From Macrostomum lignano (taxonomy: Eukaryota): DNA of 64,000 nucleotides. The position numbers and the translations under genes are program-made. Of this stretch, positions 61,397 through 64,000 are shown piece by piece. Position 1 is the first letter of the stretch, and each line of letters opens with the position of its first letter. The stretch is taken from positions 68,826 through 132,825 of the forward strand of contig NIVC01001745.1 of the NCBI GenBank assembly GCA_002269645.1. Reading direction: 5' to 3'. The notes below the pieces were generated by a model that was given only the letters and a program-made list of their open reading frames with translations, was not told the DNA's origin and ran no database searches.

Positions 61397-63617
61397 ATGT
61401 CTGAGTCCGTTCTGAGCTCTCAGCAGCTGGCCGAGTGTCGGGAGGCGTTCGCAATGCTGGACAAAGATGGAGCTGGTCAGCTGCCAGCGGAGAGTCTGGG
61501 CCGCCTCATCAGAATGATTGGCCAGAATCCGTCAGATGCAGAGGTTCGAGTGAGTGAATTCGAACATTGGAGAGAGAGTGAATTCGGGGACTAGAGAAAG
61601 TAGAGAAGGGGAATTTAGGGATTAAAGAGAGAGAATTCTAGGATTAGAGAGAGGGAATTCTAGGATTAGAGAGAGGGAATTCGGGGAGTAGAGAGGGGAA
61701 ATTGGGGGAGTAGACGGAGGGAATTCGGGTAGTAGAGGGATGGAATTGGGGGAGTGGAGGGAGGGAACTCAGGGAGTAGAGAGAGGGAATTGGGGAGTAG
61801 AGAGAGAGAGAATTCTAGGATTAGAGAGAGGGAATTCGGGGAGTAGAGAGGGGAAATTGGGGGAGTAGACGGAGGGAATTCGGGTAGTAGAGGGATGGAA
61901 TTGGGGGAGTGGAGGGAGGGAACTCGGGGAGTAGAGAGAGGAATTGGGGAGTAGAGAGAGAGAGAATTATAGGATTAGAGAGAGGGAATTCGGGGAGTAG
62001 AGAGAGGGAATTCGGGGAGTAGAGAGAGGGAATTCGGGAGTAGAGAGAGGGAATTCGGGAAGTGGAGAGAGGGAATTCGGGGAGTAGAGAGAGGGAATTC
62101 GGGGAGTAGAGAGAAGGAATTCGGGAGTAGAGAGAGGGAATTCGGGGAGTAGAGAGAGGGAATTCGGGGAGTAGAGAAAGGGAATTCGGGGAGTAGAGAG
62201 GGGAAATTGGGGGAGTAGACGGAGGGAATTCGGGTAGTAGAGGGATGGAATTGGGGGAGTGGAGGGAGGGAACTCGGGAGTAGAGAGAGGGAATTGGGGA
62301 GTAGAGAGAGAGAGAATTATAGGATTAGAGAGAGGAATTCGGGGAGTAGAGAGAGGGAATTCGGGGAGTAGAGAGAGGGAATTCGGGGAGTAGAGAGAAG
62401 GAATTGGGGGAGTGGAGGGAGGGAACTCGGGGAGTAGAGAGAGGGAATTGGGGAGTAGAGAGAGAGAGAATTATAGGATTAGAGAGAGGGAATTCGGGGA
62501 GTAGAGAGAGGGAATTCGGGGAGTAGAGAGAGGGAATTCGGGGAGTAGAGAGAGGGAATTCGGGAGTAGAGAGAAGGAAGGAATTGGGGAGTGGAGGAAG
62601 GGAACTCGGGAGTAGAGAGAGGAAATTGGGGAGTAGAGAGAGAGAATTCTAGATTAGGAGAGGGAATTCGGGGAGTAGAGAGAGGAAATTCGGGGAGTAG
62701 AGAGACGGAATTCGGGGAGTAGAGAGGGGAAATTGGGGGAGTAGACGGAGGGAATTCGGGTAGTAGAGGGATGGAATTCGGGGAGTAGAGAGAGGGAATT
62801 GGGGGAGTGGAGGGAGGGAACTCGGGGAGTAGAGAGAGGGAATTGGGGAGTAGAGAGAGAGAATTCTAGGATTAGAGAGAGGGAATTCGGGGAGTAGAGA
62901 GAGGGAATTCGGGGAGTAGAGAGAGGGAATTCGGGGAGTAGAGAGAGGGAATTCGGGGAGTAGAGAGAGGGAATTCGGGGAGTAGAGAGAAGGAATTCGG
63001 GGAGTAGAGAGAGGGAATTCGGGGAGTAGAGAGAGGGAATTCGGGGAGTAGAGAGGGGAAATTGGGGGAGTAGACGGAGGGAATTCGGGTAGTAGAGGGA
63101 TGGAATTCGGGGAGTAGAGAGAGGGGATTCGGGGAGTAGAGACAGGGAACTCGACGAGTAGAGCTCCACAAATTCAAAAGAGCTTCTACACAGAGGTGTG
63201 ATACCTGCACCATATCAAGCACCCTGAATTTCCATAGGAACTGGCCGCAGGCCTGCATGGCAGCGGCAGTCCCTCTGCGATCACCTGTGACGATTTTTGC
63301 GATGCTGTTTCCCGACGTCTGCACTCATCGTCGGCGTCGTCATCGTCGTCCGGGCGCCGTCCCGCAACGGAACTCGAAGAGGCTTCAGGGCTTTGGATCG
63401 TCGGCTAACTGGCCGGCTGGCGGCTACGCGGCTGCGAGCACTGCTCACCAGCATGGGGGAGCCGCTGTCGCCAGCCGAGGTGGACGAGCTGCTGCTCATG
63501 GCCAAGCCAGCAAGTGCTACAAGCAGCGGTGAGAGAAAAGAAGCAGCAGTAGGACAAGATGATAGCGAATTATTTATCGACTATAGAAGTCTGGCAAGGC
63601 GACTGCTGGCCAAGTGA
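61397..63617 (+). CDS. Calmodulin-like EF-hand protein with degenerate Ca-binding loops; one apparent frameshift as assembled
   Basis: Exon 1 61397-61549 (ECREAFAMLDKDGAGQL...LIRMIGQNPSDAEVR, donor GTGAGT). Exon 2 starts at 63238 (acceptor TTTCCATAG). The frame reads ...TELEEA and must shift -1 at about 63382-63385 to give FRALDRRLTG...LLTSMGEPLSPAEVDELL...IDYRSL. Confidence 0.8.
61590..63160. repeat. About 22-bp purine-rich minisatellite GGGAATTCGGGGAGTAGAGAGA (calmodulin-like intron)
   Basis: About 70 copies filling intron 61550-63237. Confidence 0.97.
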
Positions 63618-64000
63618 CGTCAGGCGCATTTTCGCAATGTTCGCGGATGTACTTCTCCATTCTTTGAACAAGAGAATGTGCTGTGCAATCTACATGAAAA
63701 GCTCGTGTCTTTTAAACAAGAATAAATCAATTAAGCTTGAAAATAATTGAGTATGCAGAGGAATGGAGCTGCTTTAATTTGAATTTTTCCTCGAAGTCAT
63801 ACACTACAAGATTTAGAGTAGACTGGCAAATGGCTTAAAGTTACATGTATAGTGTCAACTCAACAGCAGAATGACCGAAGATGCATGTACATGTACATGA
63901 ATATTAACGATTACTTTTAATTCATCTACAGACTACAGGTGAAGGCACTCGACTCAGGCAAGTGAGGTATGATTTTACATGCTAAACCTGGCAGGAGACT

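Overview
Eukaryotic (invertebrate metazoan) genomic DNA with GT-AG introns, GC-rich exons and AT-rich spacers. The style is reminiscent of the flatworm Macrostomum, but that is an unverified inference. Eight protein-coding genes were reconstructed by hand from splice sites and phases: (-) a type II membrane carboxylesterase-like pseudoenzyme with neurotactin-like topology that runs off the left edge; (+) Cdc25; (-) an ankyrin-repeat DHHC palmitoyltransferase (ZDHHC17/13-like); (+) PAN3; (-) a 12-exon L1/neuroglian-family adhesion molecule (6 Ig + 5 FnIII + TM); (-) a short CEP43/FGFR1OP-like LisH protein; (-) an intronless DEG/ENaC channel; (+) a calmodulin-like gene. Roughly a third of the window (my rough sum, about 23 kb) is tandem repeat. 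Almost every intron of neuroglian and PAN3 is filled nearly wall to wall by its own distinct minisatellite (units of 4-35 bp), and many units read on the sense strand look like 3' splice sites. Also present: LINE fragments, a tRNA-like SINE, MITEs (one with a clean 8-bp TSD), a satellite-associated dispersed module with interstitial (TTAGGG)n, and two GCGAAGC-loop hairpins. Two genes show an apparent single missing base, either assembly error or real frameshift. No CRISPR array, rRNA or convincing tRNA was found. All coordinates were counted manually, and repeat boundaries are approximate.
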